Source: a virus. Taken from it: a stretch of DNA of 64,000 bases. The stretch spans positions 64,001 through 128,000 of the IMG/VR virus record IMGVR_UViG_3300020183_000012; one strand, written 5' to 3'. Below the pieces are notes generated by a model. The model was not told the DNA's origin, did not search any database, and saw only the letters and a list, made by a program, of their open reading frames with translations. This document shows positions 1 to 9,849 of this stretch, one piece after another (the first letter of the stretch is position 1; each line of letters opens with the position of its first letter). A program made the position numbers and the translations under genes.

Positions 1-157
1 CCCTTCCCCTTGGGCGATGCGGAGTCTCCTGAGAAGTTCGTCTCTCTCGTGAGGCGAGAAATCCCATTCGTAGATGTCTCGTCTGATCCCTAGGCGTACA
101 CTGCGTGCCCAATCGTCTTTAAGAGTTAACTCTTTGTAATTAGGGCACTTACGCATC

Positions 158-769
158 TCATCCAGGAGCGTAGAGTGGAATCTGAACCAGGTTTCCATTC
201 GGCTCTCCGGAGAGCCCTGAACGGAGGATCGTTCTGCCTGAGAGTCGGATACAGTCGCGCAGGCTGTCTGGAACAGGAGGGATACAGGAAGGATCAAGAC
301 GGCTAATGCATTTTTCATATTGTCTCCAGCCCTGACGCGCACCCTTGTAGTGCTCATTTTCGATGATTTTTGAAAGATGAGATCTGAATATGGAGGCACT
401 GAGGGCCTTGGGGCCCAGCAGCGCTTCGGGTGAAGCGGGACGCACTGAACCGTCCCTACGGTCATATTTTTTGCCATCAGGATGGTTTGCGTACCTGCGT
501 GCTCGGGTAAAGCCCATCTGGATAAACTTTCTGGCCATGTCGGCACCAGGGAAGTCTCCGTCCAGTGAGTATCTGCAGTAGAGAGACAGGATGCTGGACG
601 CACTGAGCTGAGCTTCGGCAGGAGCCCGGAATCTCCAGTGAGGCAAGATCTCTGACTTGTAGGGTTGAACTAAAAGAACCCCCTGCTCTCCTCTTCCGAC
701 TCTGTACAGATGCGGTGTCTCCCGCATGTTCAGCTCTCCGTAGGGAAGGTTGTAATTAAAAGGAGCCAT
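158..769 (-). CDS. DUF4385 family protein
   Basis: YRVGRGEQGVLLVQPYKSEILPHWRFR and DMARKFIQMGFTRARRYANH motifs typical of DUF4385. Confidence 0.85.
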   Translation of the reverse strand: MAPFNYNLPYGELNMRETPHLYRVGRGEQGVLLVQPYKSEILPHWRFRAPAEAQLSASSILSLYCRYSLDGDFPGADMARKFIQMGFTRARRYANHPDGKKYDRRDGSVRPASPEALLGPKALSASIFRSHLSKIIENEHYKGARQGWRQYEKCISRLDPSCIPPVPDSLRDCIRLSGRTILRSGLSGEPNGNLVQIPLYAPG

Positions 770-954
770 TCTTTTCGAATCTGATGATTGGTGACTCTGG
801 CACCACTTGGTGGCGGAGTCACGGTACGAACGGAGGGTCTCGGTTGGGTAATTTTATTTTGCATAATTTTTTTGGTAAAAGAAATGTCCCGCTTTGACGA
901 AAGAATTCTCTAGGTTCTATTTTTGCCCGAATAATTTAAAAAAGGAGTCCAAGC

Positions 955-1347
955 ATGGATAGCAAAGCAAGAGAGATAGACGGAAGCCAGTTCAGAGAGG
1001 TTGTTCTAGAGAACCCAAAGCCAGTCATGGTCGATTTTTACGCCCAATGGTGCGGACCTTGTCGTCTCATGTCACCGGTCGTTGACCGGTTAGCAGGTGA
1101 GTGGAGTGACCGCGTGGAGATCGTGAAGGTAGACACAGACAAGGCAGGAGAGATCTGTCGTGAGCTGGGGGTGCAGGCGCTGCCCACGGTCATGATTTTT
1201 TGGGCAGGAGAGACGATTGCCCGATTAGTTGGTTTCCGTGGCGAAGACGGGTTGCGCAGAGAGCTGAAGCGGGCAGAAGAGATCTGTGCGGAATATTCCC
1301 GGAGCTCGGACAGTCCCGACTCGGGGCACCGAGAAGGGGCGGACTAG
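955..1347 (+). CDS. trxA: thioredoxin
   Basis: VDFYAQWCGPC active site, cis-Pro motif ALPT, AAGGAG SD upstream. Confidence 0.95.
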   Translation: MDSKAREIDGSQFREVVLENPKPVMVDFYAQWCGPCRLMSPVVDRLAGEWSDRVEIVKVDTDKAGEICRELGVQALPTVMIFWAGETIARLVGFRGEDGLRRELKRAEEICAEYSRSSDSPDSGHREGAD

Positions 1348-2039
1348 AGAGACGTGCCTATTAGGGTCTCTTCTCTTTGGGTCAAGGGTGGGTAAAAGTC
1401 AGGGTTCTGCCACAATCCATGGTGTAGCCAGTACTTTGAATACATATTACGAGTATTCCAGATCTCCCCACGTGTCCATCCATACAGGTGGAATGGCAGC
1501 CCCCAATGCATGCGCAATAGCAGGAAGATCATTATCCCAGTCTCAAAATTTCTGCTTAGGTAGGGCGCACTGAATGCAAAACGGAAAGGAAGCAACCAAG
1601 CAAACTCCGCCTGCTGGAGGGCTCGAGCTGACTCGAGAGCCCGTATGTGCTCAATTGCCTTTATTATAAAGGCCTCACCACTTTCCCTAGACAGACAACC
1701 AGTAGGTATGGGGTCTGCAGGTACACGCAGAGGGGGCGTCTTGGTTCTACGAATCTCCCAGTCAGATCCAGAACGGGCGTCCACAGAGGCCTGAACAAGT
1801 GATGCGACGGAGCTCACGTGTTCCGTTTTTAGGGTACCCATATCCGTTACCTCTCCGTACAGTGCATAGACTTTATTAATCAGCAACATTGTCCCCCGAA
1901 TGGCAGGATCTGTTTGCTCCATTCGATTGTGGGTGTGCTCAATAATTGAAAAATCGCTACGTTCCACCCCCGAAATATGGAGGAAGTTTTTCACAAATGT
2001 GGAAAGGTAGACAGGTTCAACCCGAGGAAAAGGACGCAT
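1344..2039 (-). CDS. hypothetical protein, possibly degenerate Fic-like fold
   Basis: 231-aa ORF; APYLSRNFETG loosely aligns with Fic HPFxxGNGRxxR. Confidence 0.4.
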   Translation of the reverse strand: MRPFPRVEPVYLSTFVKNFLHISGVERSDFSIIEHTHNRMEQTDPAIRGTMLLINKVYALYGEVTDMGTLKTEHVSSVASLVQASVDARSGSDWEIRRTKTPPLRVPADPIPTGCLSRESGEAFIIKAIEHIRALESARALQQAEFAWLLPFRFAFSAPYLSRNFETGIMIFLLLRMHWGLPFHLYGWTRGEIWNTRNMYSKYWLHHGLWQNPDFYPPLTQREETLIGTSL

Positions 2040-2112
2040 AGGCTTTAAAAAAATAACGAATGGATTTGTTAAAAACGTACCCTTTTCTCGTCCAAATTAA
2101 GAGAATCAAAAA

Positions 2113-2748
2113 ATGACAAGTTTAGTAAAAGAAAATTATTCACACGTCAGGAAAATGACGGATCGCTCAAAATCAGGAAGCACTGAACTTCTTAAACTGA
2201 GGAAACACCATCTCAGCTCATGTGAGCTCTCGTGTGTGAGTAGAGCTTGGTCAGACGGCGTATGGGTAGCACCGTACCGCAAAGGCATACGTTCCTGCTT
2301 CGTAGGCGCACTCTGGGAACTTGGCAAGGACACTCCACACAGGACAGAGAATGTTTGCGAAAAATTCATCGATATCGCTGCCCTGACGGAACTTAAAGGG
2401 GGTACGGTTCTTGACTCCTATAGGAAGAGAAGAGCTGGATCAGAGAACCCGAAGAACATGATCGACATCGGTCGGGAGCTCCAGAGACTCTCCGGCATGC
2501 ATCCCTATGGCCTCAAACTGGCACAGATAGGACATTCTGTGGATATATTGAGCATTGGTGGGGATATCCATATCCGCTTGGCTTCACACGTCCAGGGGAA
2601 GGTCGTCATCCCCCGGAATGACCTGGTCACCCCGTACCGCAAGAACACAGTGCTGGCGACGGTGGAACTGACATCAGATCTGCAGAATTCGGGAAGATGG
2701 ACAACAATCCGCGAAATCCGTGACTGCGACTGTGATAGCAAAAATTAA
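2113..2748 (+). CDS. hypothetical protein
   Basis: 211-aa ORF, divergent from the previous gene. Confidence 0.55.
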   Translation: MTSLVKENYSHVRKMTDRSKSGSTELLKLRKHHLSSCELSCVSRAWSDGVWVAPYRKGIRSCFVGALWELGKDTPHRTENVCEKFIDIAALTELKGGTVLDSYRKRRAGSENPKNMIDIGRELQRLSGMHPYGLKLAQIGHSVDILSIGGDIHIRLASHVQGKVVIPRNDLVTPYRKNTVLATVELTSDLQNSGRWTTIREIRDCDCDSKN

Positions 2749-2811
2749 TCGGATGAAAGTTTCCGGGAAGCGGTTCTGAAAATTACATCGGCGGATCGAA
2801 GCACGCACCAC

Positions 2812-2839
2812 TTGACAGAGGGGTGCGCTGTGGTATATT
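2812..2839 (+). promoter_or_regulatory. sigma70-type promoter
   Basis: TTGACA-16 nt-TATATT with extended -10 TG; similar 16-nt-spaced pairs at 5908-5935 (TTGACT/TATCCT) and 19784-19811 (TTGCCT/TATAGT). Confidence 0.55.
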
Positions 2840-2940
2840 ACGACACTTTGGTGAGTTGTTTAAGACCGGGGCAAAAGTTTCATCGTGAGAATACGCTAGT
2901 AGGGTTCGCCACATTTCTGATTCAGAGGAGAAAAATAATT

Positions 2941-3900
2941 ATGGCTCGTACAAAGGGGACTGTGGAGGGAATTGTCGGCAAGGTTTCTCTCGGCAGACAG
3001 GTTGAGTTCTTTGTCCAACTGTTCGGTTGGGACGAGGAACGGATTGTGGCTGCTCTCGTTGCCACCGATCCGACCGTTTCCGATCCTGATAAGATGAAGA
3101 ATCTCAGGAATCTTATCCGTGTAACAAAAAGCAAGTTCAAGTTTGAAACTCAGGAGAGTGACATGATTGATGGCATTGTCGGCAAAGGCGAAATGGTTGG
3201 TTTTGACAATATCAAGGCTCAACCAGTTGACCGGATTGCCTGTGGAATAAGCCAAATTGACGAATTGTTTGGTTATTCCGATGAGTTCAAGCGTTGGGGA
3301 TTTCCGCGTGGTCAGGTGAGCCTTATCGCGGGAAGTCCGGGTGTCGGAAAGACCCGACTCATGGTTGCCGTCTGTGGCTCCATGACGGAACCCATAGCCA
3401 AAAAGAAGTCCACGGCTGTCTACTTTCAGAACGAGTTTGCCCTAAGCCAGTTCAAAGTCATGTCTAGCCGCGTAATCAAGGAAGGCAGTCGCTTCATCTG
3501 CGGCGATCTACACAGGTTGAAGGATCAGTTGGACTGGATTACGGAGCAAAAACTTTGTCCCGACCTTGTTGTCGTTGATTCGATTCAGATGCTTGCAGAG
3601 GCAAAGAACAGATCAGGCATTGAGCGATGTATTGCTGCCTACAAGTGTGCTGCAATGGAGCGCGGTTTCCATGTCTGCTTCATCGGTCAGTTGAACAAGC
3701 AGGGTGAAGTTGCGGGTAGCCGAAGCGTGGAACACCTTGTGGATCAGGTATTTACGGCGAAAACTGCCTTTCTTCCAAACCAGTTCTCTCTCCATGTCAC
3801 GAAGAACCGTTGGGGTCGTTCAGGTATCTCTGCCCGGTTTGAACACCACGGGTTCGGAGTCCGCTGCGTCAGCGAAGGGTTGAGTTTGGCGGAAAAATAA
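2941..3900 (+). CDS. RadA/Sms-like RecA-fold ATPase (no C-terminal Lon-like domain)
   Basis: Walker A GSPGVGKT, Walker B VVVDSIQ, AGSRSVEHLVD, KNRWG; start moved to ATG 2941 behind GAGGAG. Confidence 0.85.
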   Translation: MARTKGTVEGIVGKVSLGRQVEFFVQLFGWDEERIVAALVATDPTVSDPDKMKNLRNLIRVTKSKFKFETQESDMIDGIVGKGEMVGFDNIKAQPVDRIACGISQIDELFGYSDEFKRWGFPRGQVSLIAGSPGVGKTRLMVAVCGSMTEPIAKKKSTAVYFQNEFALSQFKVMSSRVIKEGSRFICGDLHRLKDQLDWITEQKLCPDLVVVDSIQMLAEAKNRSGIERCIAAYKCAAMERGFHVCFIGQLNKQGEVAGSRSVEHLVDQVFTAKTAFLPNQFSLHVTKNRWGRSGISARFEHHGFGVRCVSEGLSLAEK

Positions 3901-4028
3901 TTAATCGTTTGAAAAGTCTCAAACTTCTTTCCCCAAAATTACATCAGGGGAATACACTAATGGAGTGACCAACAAGAACTCTCAGCGTTGAGAGTCAGGA
4001 TTGGTCAATAACAAGTAAGGATACAGTA

Positions 4029-4649
4029 ATGTTTAATCCCATTGTTCGTCCGTCCGCTGTCTACAACGAGTCCACCGGGGAATACGATTGCTCGGTCACG
4101 AAGGATCAGGCGATCCTCGCCGCAGCCATCTCCTCCTGCTTTGGTTCAGGCGAGGCTGACAAGGCAATCATCGCCGCTTGCAAGCGTTCGTTTGAGCCGA
4201 ATCAGCAGTACCACTTCGATGCCAACATCCGCATCCGTGGGACGCTCAAGACGCAGAAGCCCCGCGTCTGCGCGGTCAAGGCGAAGGACAACTACAAGGC
4301 GGCTCTCATCGAACTCCTCAGCGATGCAGCCGTTCCTCAGTCGGTCAAGGACCGCATCCGCATCAAGTTCACCGCTGAGTCCGCTCGGCGTGATGGCTTC
4401 GACACCAAGACCATCCTCACATCGGTTGATCCCGCCGTGCGCGAGACAATCGAAGGCATGGACCGTTCGCTCCCCGAAGAGGTGACTTATCCGCCGTCCG
4501 TCAGCGGGACCGTCACTTGGGAGACTGTTGAAGTCCCCGTTGCCCGTTCGGAGCCTGAGCGCATCCCGGTCGGCACGGGAGGAAAGGCGATCACCAAGCG
4601 GAGCGATGAGGGCAAGACCTCGCCGCGCAAGAGCGTGAATGGTCGCTGA
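4029..4649 (+). CDS. hypothetical protein
   Basis: ORF with TAAGGA SD behind the promoter motif. Confidence 0.75.
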   Translation: MFNPIVRPSAVYNESTGEYDCSVTKDQAILAAAISSCFGSGEADKAIIAACKRSFEPNQQYHFDANIRIRGTLKTQKPRVCAVKAKDNYKAALIELLSDAAVPQSVKDRIRIKFTAESARRDGFDTKTILTSVDPAVRETIEGMDRSLPEEVTYPPSVSGTVTWETVEVPVARSEPERIPVGTGGKAITKRSDEGKTSPRKSVNGR

Positions 4650-4664
4650 GACAGACACCGCAAA

Positions 4665-4702
4665 CCCTCCCGGCATGGTTTTCTTTCGCCATGTCGGGAG
4701 GG
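4665..4702 (+). terminator. intergenic hairpin / terminator
   Basis: CCCTCCCGGCATGG...CCATGTCGGGAGGG inverted repeat. Confidence 0.55.
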
Positions 4703-4749
4703 AATCTTTCATCCCGTGAATAGGCTAATCGTGACACAAGGAGAACCCG

Positions 4750-5856
4750 ATGACTACCAAGACAATCGCCCGAATGCCGCTTGCATCAATGGTCAAGGTC
4801 GATGAACTCATCTCCAAGTTGGAGAAGCGTGACCGTGACCGCGAGGACTTTATGATCCTTGACCCTAAGGATGTGGACTTGCGCTACGAGATCGGAGACA
4901 AGGAGCAGGGAGAGAAGGACAAGTTCCTGATGACCTTCAACGACAGGGACATTGAACTGTCTGACTCCGCGATCTCATCCGCTTGCAGGATGCTCAAGAC
5001 AACTCCGCAGTATTTCCGCGAGAACTTCTCTGATTGGCAGCGGAAGTTCTGCTCCGACTTTTCGTCAGCAATGAGGCACAACGAGCGGGGCTGCTACGCC
5101 CGTACCGACTGCCTCCGCGATGGAATCAGCCGAAGGGTTGAGAGTTTCGTTGGAGGAAACTGGCAACTGAATGTCGGTGAAAGCACCATCGTCCGTGGAG
5201 TCGCGGAAAGACTGAACGCTCAGTACGGCGACAGCATCCTCGGTGTGCAAGTCGTGACCGAAGGCGGTCGCAACAGCGTGTACCGATTCGTGTTCGGCAA
5301 CACGATCATGGGCAACGACAACCATGTGAAGATGTATCCCATGATCTCGCTGATCCACAGCCCGTATGGATTCAGCACTACGGAACTCTCGCTCGGCATC
5401 TACCGCGTGATCTGCGAGAACGGTGCGTTGCGCCGTGACTTCTCTGCGGGAACCGCCAAGTGGAATCAGCGCAGCAACCCCGACACATTCTTCTCCAAGA
5501 TGAACGGTGCGATTGACGCTGCGGGAGACTTCTCAAACGAGTGCAAGCGTCACTTTGAGCGAATGGTTGAAAAGAGAATCAACCACCACCCGCTCATCGT
5601 TCTTAAGAGCCTGTTCAACGGGAAGGCGATCACCAACTCCCATCTTGAGAGCGCAACGATGTTCCTGACGGAGCGTGACATCAGAACGGAGTACGATATG
5701 CTCAATGTCCTGACGGACTCTGCAAAGACGCTTCACCCGCTTCAGAAGCGTCAGGAAGCAGAAAGCAACGCCCTCCGCATTGCCATGCATGGGGACGGGT
5801 TTGGCGGGTTCGTCACGGAATCCCGTCTTGCCGAAATGGAACTTCTTGAGTCCTGA
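4750..5856 (+). CDS. DUF932-like protein
   Basis: LGIYRVICENG motif; C-terminal TEYDMLNVLT helix typical of the family. Confidence 0.65.
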   Translation: MTTKTIARMPLASMVKVDELISKLEKRDRDREDFMILDPKDVDLRYEIGDKEQGEKDKFLMTFNDRDIELSDSAISSACRMLKTTPQYFRENFSDWQRKFCSDFSSAMRHNERGCYARTDCLRDGISRRVESFVGGNWQLNVGESTIVRGVAERLNAQYGDSILGVQVVTEGGRNSVYRFVFGNTIMGNDNHVKMYPMISLIHSPYGFSTTELSLGIYRVICENGALRRDFSAGTAKWNQRSNPDTFFSKMNGAIDAAGDFSNECKRHFERMVEKRINHHPLIVLKSLFNGKAITNSHLESATMFLTERDIRTEYDMLNVLTDSAKTLHPLQKRQEAESNALRIAMHGDGFGGFVTESRLAEMELLES

Positions 5857-5986
5857 TAACAACAAAAATTACATCGCAGAAATAAAGTAATATAAACAGG
5901 AAAGCGTTTGACTATTCTTGGCAAATGGCTATCCTAAATTGAAGTTAGGCGTTCCTAACAGATCCTTACCCCGGAGATTCAACACA

Positions 5987-6634
5987 ATGGCTAGAACTGC
6001 TACTCCCACCGTGACCGATTTCTCGGTCGAAACCATCCGCAAGTTCGCTCTGTCGAACAAGTCGTTCATCTCTGCCATCAACAAGCGGCGCAGGGAACTG
6101 ACGAGCCAACTCAGCGAGATCGACACGATGCTCGGCAACGAGGAAGAGGCTCCTAAAGGCAAGCCCGGTCGCAAGCCCGGTCGCAAGCCGGGTCGAAAGC
6201 CCGGTCGCAAGCCCGGTCGCCCCGCTGCGGTCAAGCGCGGTCGCCCTGCCAAGAAGAAGGCAGGAAAGGTTGGTCGCCCCCCGATGAAGAAGAAGCGGGC
6301 TTCGGCTACCGCTGCTCCGGCAACAGGTCGCGGTCGCGGTCGCCCGTCGAAGGGCAAGCACTCGCTCCGTGATGCCGTCCTGACCGTGATCCGCAACAAC
6401 GGCGGTCGCGTGGATGTCAGCGATATCATCAGCCACCTCAAGAGCGCGGGTTACGATGTGTCTGCCAAGACCATCAATGTGATGATCCAACACGCTCTCA
6501 GCGCACTCGCTAAGGACGGCATGATTGACCGTTCGGAGCGTGGCGTGGCGAAGGTCACCGCGAAGGGTTCCACCGCTACCGTGGTGGTCGAAGCGGCTGA
6601 TAACGCTGAGGAGTCCTCGGAAGTTGCCGCGTAA
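5987..6634 (+). CDS. basic histone-like / nucleoid-associated protein with (KPGR)n repeats and C-terminal winged helix
   Basis: N-terminal coiled coil, five tandem KPGR units, GRP AT-hook-like motifs, LRDAVLTVI...LKSAGY...HALSAL wHTH. Confidence 0.75.
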   Translation: MARTATPTVTDFSVETIRKFALSNKSFISAINKRRRELTSQLSEIDTMLGNEEEAPKGKPGRKPGRKPGRKPGRKPGRPAAVKRGRPAKKKAGKVGRPPMKKKRASATAAPATGRGRGRPSKGKHSLRDAVLTVIRNNGGRVDVSDIISHLKSAGYDVSAKTINVMIQHALSALAKDGMIDRSERGVAKVTAKGSTATVVVEAADNAEESSEVAA

Positions 6635-6720
6635 AAATCCCAAATAGTGGGTGACGGACAGGAGAGCAGAGCCGTATACTCTCCTGTCCCCACCCTCTAA
6701 AGGGAACACCAAGCCCCCGG

Positions 6721-6763
6721 AAGGCGGTAGAGGTTGACTGCAAAGTCCCTCTACCGCTTTTTT
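6721..6763 (+). terminator. intrinsic terminator
   Basis: GCGGTAGAGG...CCTCTACCGC followed by T-tract. Confidence 0.8.
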
Positions 6764-6812
6764 ATTAACCACCTTTTACCGATACAGACTTTGTGTTCGT
6801 AATCTTTAATGC

Positions 6813-6897
6813 GGGACTGTGGCGGAATCGGCATACGCAGCAGACTTAAAATCTGCCGACCTCAAAAGTCTTGTGGGTTCAAGTCCCACCAGTCTCA
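6813..6897 (+). tRNA. tRNA-Leu(TAA)
   Basis: acceptor GGGACTG/CAGTCTC, anticodon TAA 6847-6849, long variable arm, TTCAAGT T-loop; no encoded CCA. Confidence 0.95.
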
Positions 6898-6900
6898 CTA

Positions 6901-7080
6901 ATGACCAATCAGTCAAAAACTTGGATAGCAATGGTTCAGCAGCAAGAGGATGAAGTATTCATCCCTCTGCCTGATGAATTAGTTAATCAATTGGGTTGGA
7001 GCGATGGAGACAACCTCAATTTTCAAATAAAGGATGGCTCCCTGATTTTGAGTAATCAGTCAATCCTAAAGTCGGAGTGA
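6901..7080 (+). CDS. AbrB/MazE/SpoVT family DNA-binding protein
   Basis: IPLPDELVNQLGWSDGDNLNFQIKDGSLIL pattern. Confidence 0.75.
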   Translation: MTNQSKTWIAMVQQQEDEVFIPLPDELVNQLGWSDGDNLNFQIKDGSLILSNQSILKSE

Positions 7081-7110
7081 TTGTTCTCAAATCAAGGGAA
7101 AGGAGACACT

Positions 7111-7329
7111 ATGTTTTGGTCGGTTGTTTTTTCTATAGGAGTAGGATCGTTTGGTTATTGGATAGGCTTCAAGCAAGGCAAGAAAGACGGATTTGCCTTA
7201 GGCGAATCCACAGGCTACAATAAGGCGAAGTCCAAGTATGACATACCTTTACGCAAGAGCGTGAACCATCAGGTCAAGCCAAGCGTAAGAGCAAAGTCAG
7301 GACCAGTTGATACCGTATGGATGGGCTAG
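7111..7329 (+). CDS. small membrane-anchored hypothetical protein
   Basis: AAGGAG SD, hydrophobic N-terminus, GFKQGKKDG. Confidence 0.7.
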   Translation: MFWSVVFSIGVGSFGYWIGFKQGKKDGFALGESTGYNKAKSKYDIPLRKSVNHQVKPSVRAKSGPVDTVWMG

Positions 7330-7387
7330 TGCCATTCAAGTCTTGCAAGGAAGCAATTTTAAGTCCCGTTTTTAGGAGTTGTTAACA

Positions 7388-7732
7388 ATGAGTATGAGTG
7401 AACACGCCGTTAGCATGAGACTGAGCCCCACTTTCTCCGAGATTGAAAGCAGAGTTTCGTCATCAAGAGTTCCGCGTCCGAAGAGTTTCATCTTCCCCCA
7501 AGCACCATTCGCTGCGGGTAGCATCTTCATGTGCGTGAACCAGGAAATGGCGAAGGAACTGATCGCTTTGATCAAGGACACTTGCTGCGATGATCGTGGC
7601 AATGTCGTTGAAGACGGTTGCAACGAGGAACTCGTTGGGCTTGCCGAAAAGTTGCAGAACAACATGGACTTCAGCGACTTCCACCGGGAGCGCAGACGAA
7701 GGTTCTACAACGCGAACCACGGAAACGACTGA
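7388..7732 (+). CDS. hypothetical protein
   Basis: AGGAG SD; followed by terminator. Confidence 0.7.
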   Translation: MSMSEHAVSMRLSPTFSEIESRVSSSRVPRPKSFIFPQAPFAAGSIFMCVNQEMAKELIALIKDTCCDDRGNVVEDGCNEELVGLAEKLQNNMDFSDFHRERRRRFYNANHGND

Positions 7733-7751
7733 GAAACTTGCTCAGTCAATT

Positions 7752-7784
7752 AAAAGGACCGCACCGAAAGGTGTGGTCTTTTTT
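7752..7784 (+). terminator. intrinsic terminator
   Basis: GGACCGCACC-GAAA-GGTGTGGTCTTTTTT. Confidence 0.85.
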
Positions 7785-7832
7785 GTCCAAATGTAATCCC
7801 CAACCGTATGTTTGTCTTGCTTGAAGGTTGAA

Positions 7833-7906
7833 GGGAGATTAGCTTAGCGGCCTAAAGCCTTCGACTCATAATCGAAATACCACTGGTTCGAATCCAGTAT
7901 CTCCCA
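7833..7906 (+). tRNA. tRNA with CAT anticodon (elongator Met or Ile2)
   Basis: acceptor GGGAGAT/ATCTCCC, anticodon CAT 7867-7869, no initiator GGG:CCC stem; no CCA. Confidence 0.9.
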
Positions 7907-7947
7907 CTCGTTGATATTTAAGAATCTCGCTAATAAAGGAAACAGAA

Positions 7948-8325
7948 ATGGCAAGAACATCTCGCAATTCTCATAATGGCCTTAAATCAATCAGCATCCG
8001 TGACGAAGAGAGCGCATCCCGTTACATTGACGCTTTCGCTGGCACGATTAATTCTTCTCCCGCAGCAAACGGTGCTTATTCCAAAGCCGTGAACAATGGC
8101 GGCTGGACTAACCCATCCGGTCCTTTTGGACTGACCAATCAGGGACTCATCAAGAGTATCGTATGGTCAGTCTCGATTCTCTCGTCCCGCGCAAAGAACG
8201 GAGATGCAGAAGCAAGAGAGATCATCGCGTCTATTGAGCCGATCATCAACGGAGCGCAGGACCGCCCGGTGTCTGCTCCGGCTGTTGCCATCGCCAGTAA
8301 CAGCCAACCCGCTGAGGTGGCCTGA
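7948..8325 (+). CDS. hypothetical protein
   Basis: AAAGGA SD, 125 aa. Confidence 0.7.
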   Translation: MARTSRNSHNGLKSISIRDEESASRYIDAFAGTINSSPAANGAYSKAVNNGGWTNPSGPFGLTNQGLIKSIVWSVSILSSRAKNGDAEAREIIASIEPIINGAQDRPVSAPAVAIASNSQPAEVA

Positions 8326-8349
8326 GGGCGGAGTGAGGGAATCTGGGAG

Positions 8350-8376
8350 AACGCTCACCTTCGGGTGGGCGTTTTT
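8350..8376 (+). terminator. intrinsic terminator
   Basis: ACGCTCACC-TTCG-GGTGGGCGT-TTTT. Confidence 0.85.
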
Positions 8377-8412
8377 ACATCCGGGGAATAAACTAATGGC
8401 GGAGACTCAAGA

Positions 8413-8817
8413 ATGACCAATCAACAAGAACGAATGGCTTGGGAACTTCACAAGAACAACAGGATCAACAGCAGACCTGCGCCACCGGACATGAACCGAA
8501 CCTGCTACGAAGTGTTTGATTCGTTCGATGAGTTCGTGGCCAACGGCAGCCCGTATCACCTTAACGGGTGCGGAGGTCTGCCACCGCAATTCGTGCAAAC
8601 GGCATCTTCTTCTGTGCCGATGGTTGAGTACCATGAACAGGACAGGGGACAGGTAGGCGAATCCGTCACCATCAATCAGGATTCAGGCATCAGTCCTCAA
8701 ACCGATGCAGCCCTGTGGTCACAGGCCACCGGAATCCCTTTTACTCCCTACTTCGGAACCATCGGCGCGGAACACATGAGGCTCCTGCGCGAGATGAATC
8801 AAGGATACAGGTGGTAA
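8413..8817 (+). CDS. hypothetical protein
   Basis: promoter motif plus GGAG SD. Confidence 0.7.
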   Translation: MTNQQERMAWELHKNNRINSRPAPPDMNRTCYEVFDSFDEFVANGSPYHLNGCGGLPPQFVQTASSSVPMVEYHEQDRGQVGESVTINQDSGISPQTDAALWSQATGIPFTPYFGTIGAEHMRLLREMNQGYRW

Positions 8818-8821
8818 TAAA

Positions 8822-9733
8822 GTGATTCGTCATTTCGGGTATGCCTGTCAGAACATGACATTGAGTGAGTTGGTCAAACCCAAGAGCAAGAGGGTTTTCA
8901 CAGACCGCACTCTCAGGCTTGCCAATTTCAGCATCCGAAGAGTAGATGAACTGATCCTTCAAAATGTGAAGGACTTGCTCAAGATCGTCCATTGGAACAA
9001 GGATCACGGAATCCACTTCTTCCGGGTAGGCAGCAATGTGTTTCCATTCATGGATCACCCGGAACTGAAGTACGGAATTGACGATCTTGCACACGCATCA
9101 GACATCAAGGCGATCATCGCAAGGGCAGGAGAAGTGGCGCACTCAGCAGGGATGAGACTCAGTTCTCATCCGGGTCCGTACACCTGTCTTGCATCTACTG
9201 ATGAAGCGATTGTCCAAAAGTCAATCGACTCTCTCAATATGCACTCGCTCATGGGCGATCTGCTCGGTCACGATGAGTTCGTCATCAACATCCATGTTGG
9301 TGGCTCATACGGTGGAGATTTCAATGGGACCGCAGACAGGTTCATCGCCAACTGGAACAAATTGTCTGATCGGGTAAAATCTCGCCTTACCATCGAAAAC
9401 GATGACAAGAAGAATATGTGGACCGTTGACAAAATCAACGACCTCATCTGTAAAAGAATTAATCTGCCAATCGTGATGGACATTCATCATCACAGGCTCA
9501 ACCCCGGAACTCTGTCCGTGGAGGATGCGCTTATGACTTCCTTGATTACTTGGAAGAGTGGAAGGGTTCCGAAGATTCATTATTCGGACCCGCGTGACGA
9601 AGAGTATCCTCAAGCCCACCATGACTTCGTTGATGGATGGAAAGACCTTCCCGATGTCGGAATGGAGTTCGACTGTATGCTTGAGGCGAAGCATAAAGAG
9701 TTGGCATTGCTCAGGTTACGCGAACGAATCTGA
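8822..9733 (+). CDS. uvsE: UV damage endonuclease UvsE
   Basis: GYAC, RLSSHPGPY, INIHVGG, LTIENDD, MDIHHH, PKIHYS, MLEAKHKE motifs. Confidence 0.95.
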   Translation: MIRHFGYACQNMTLSELVKPKSKRVFTDRTLRLANFSIRRVDELILQNVKDLLKIVHWNKDHGIHFFRVGSNVFPFMDHPELKYGIDDLAHASDIKAIIARAGEVAHSAGMRLSSHPGPYTCLASTDEAIVQKSIDSLNMHSLMGDLLGHDEFVINIHVGGSYGGDFNGTADRFIANWNKLSDRVKSRLTIENDDKKNMWTVDKINDLICKRINLPIVMDIHHHRLNPGTLSVEDALMTSLITWKSGRVPKIHYSDPRDEEYPQAHHDFVDGWKDLPDVGMEFDCMLEAKHKELALLRLRERI

Positions 9734-9849
9734 GAAACTTTCATCCGGTGAATAAAATAGTCCTGCCCGTGTGGGCGGGACTTGTCTTTTTCGGGACAGT
9801 CAGAACTTTCATCGAAGAAATAAACTAGCGTCACTAAGGAGAAATCACC

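Noticed and set aside
2738-2760. Reverse-strand copy of the early promoter motif (TTTCATC-cgatt-AATTTTTG)
   Set aside because: The second box does not fit TANNNT and there is no matching downstream gene; not counted.
6158-6220. 12-bp tandem repeat as a non-coding element
   Set aside because: It encodes KPGR units inside the histone-like CDS.
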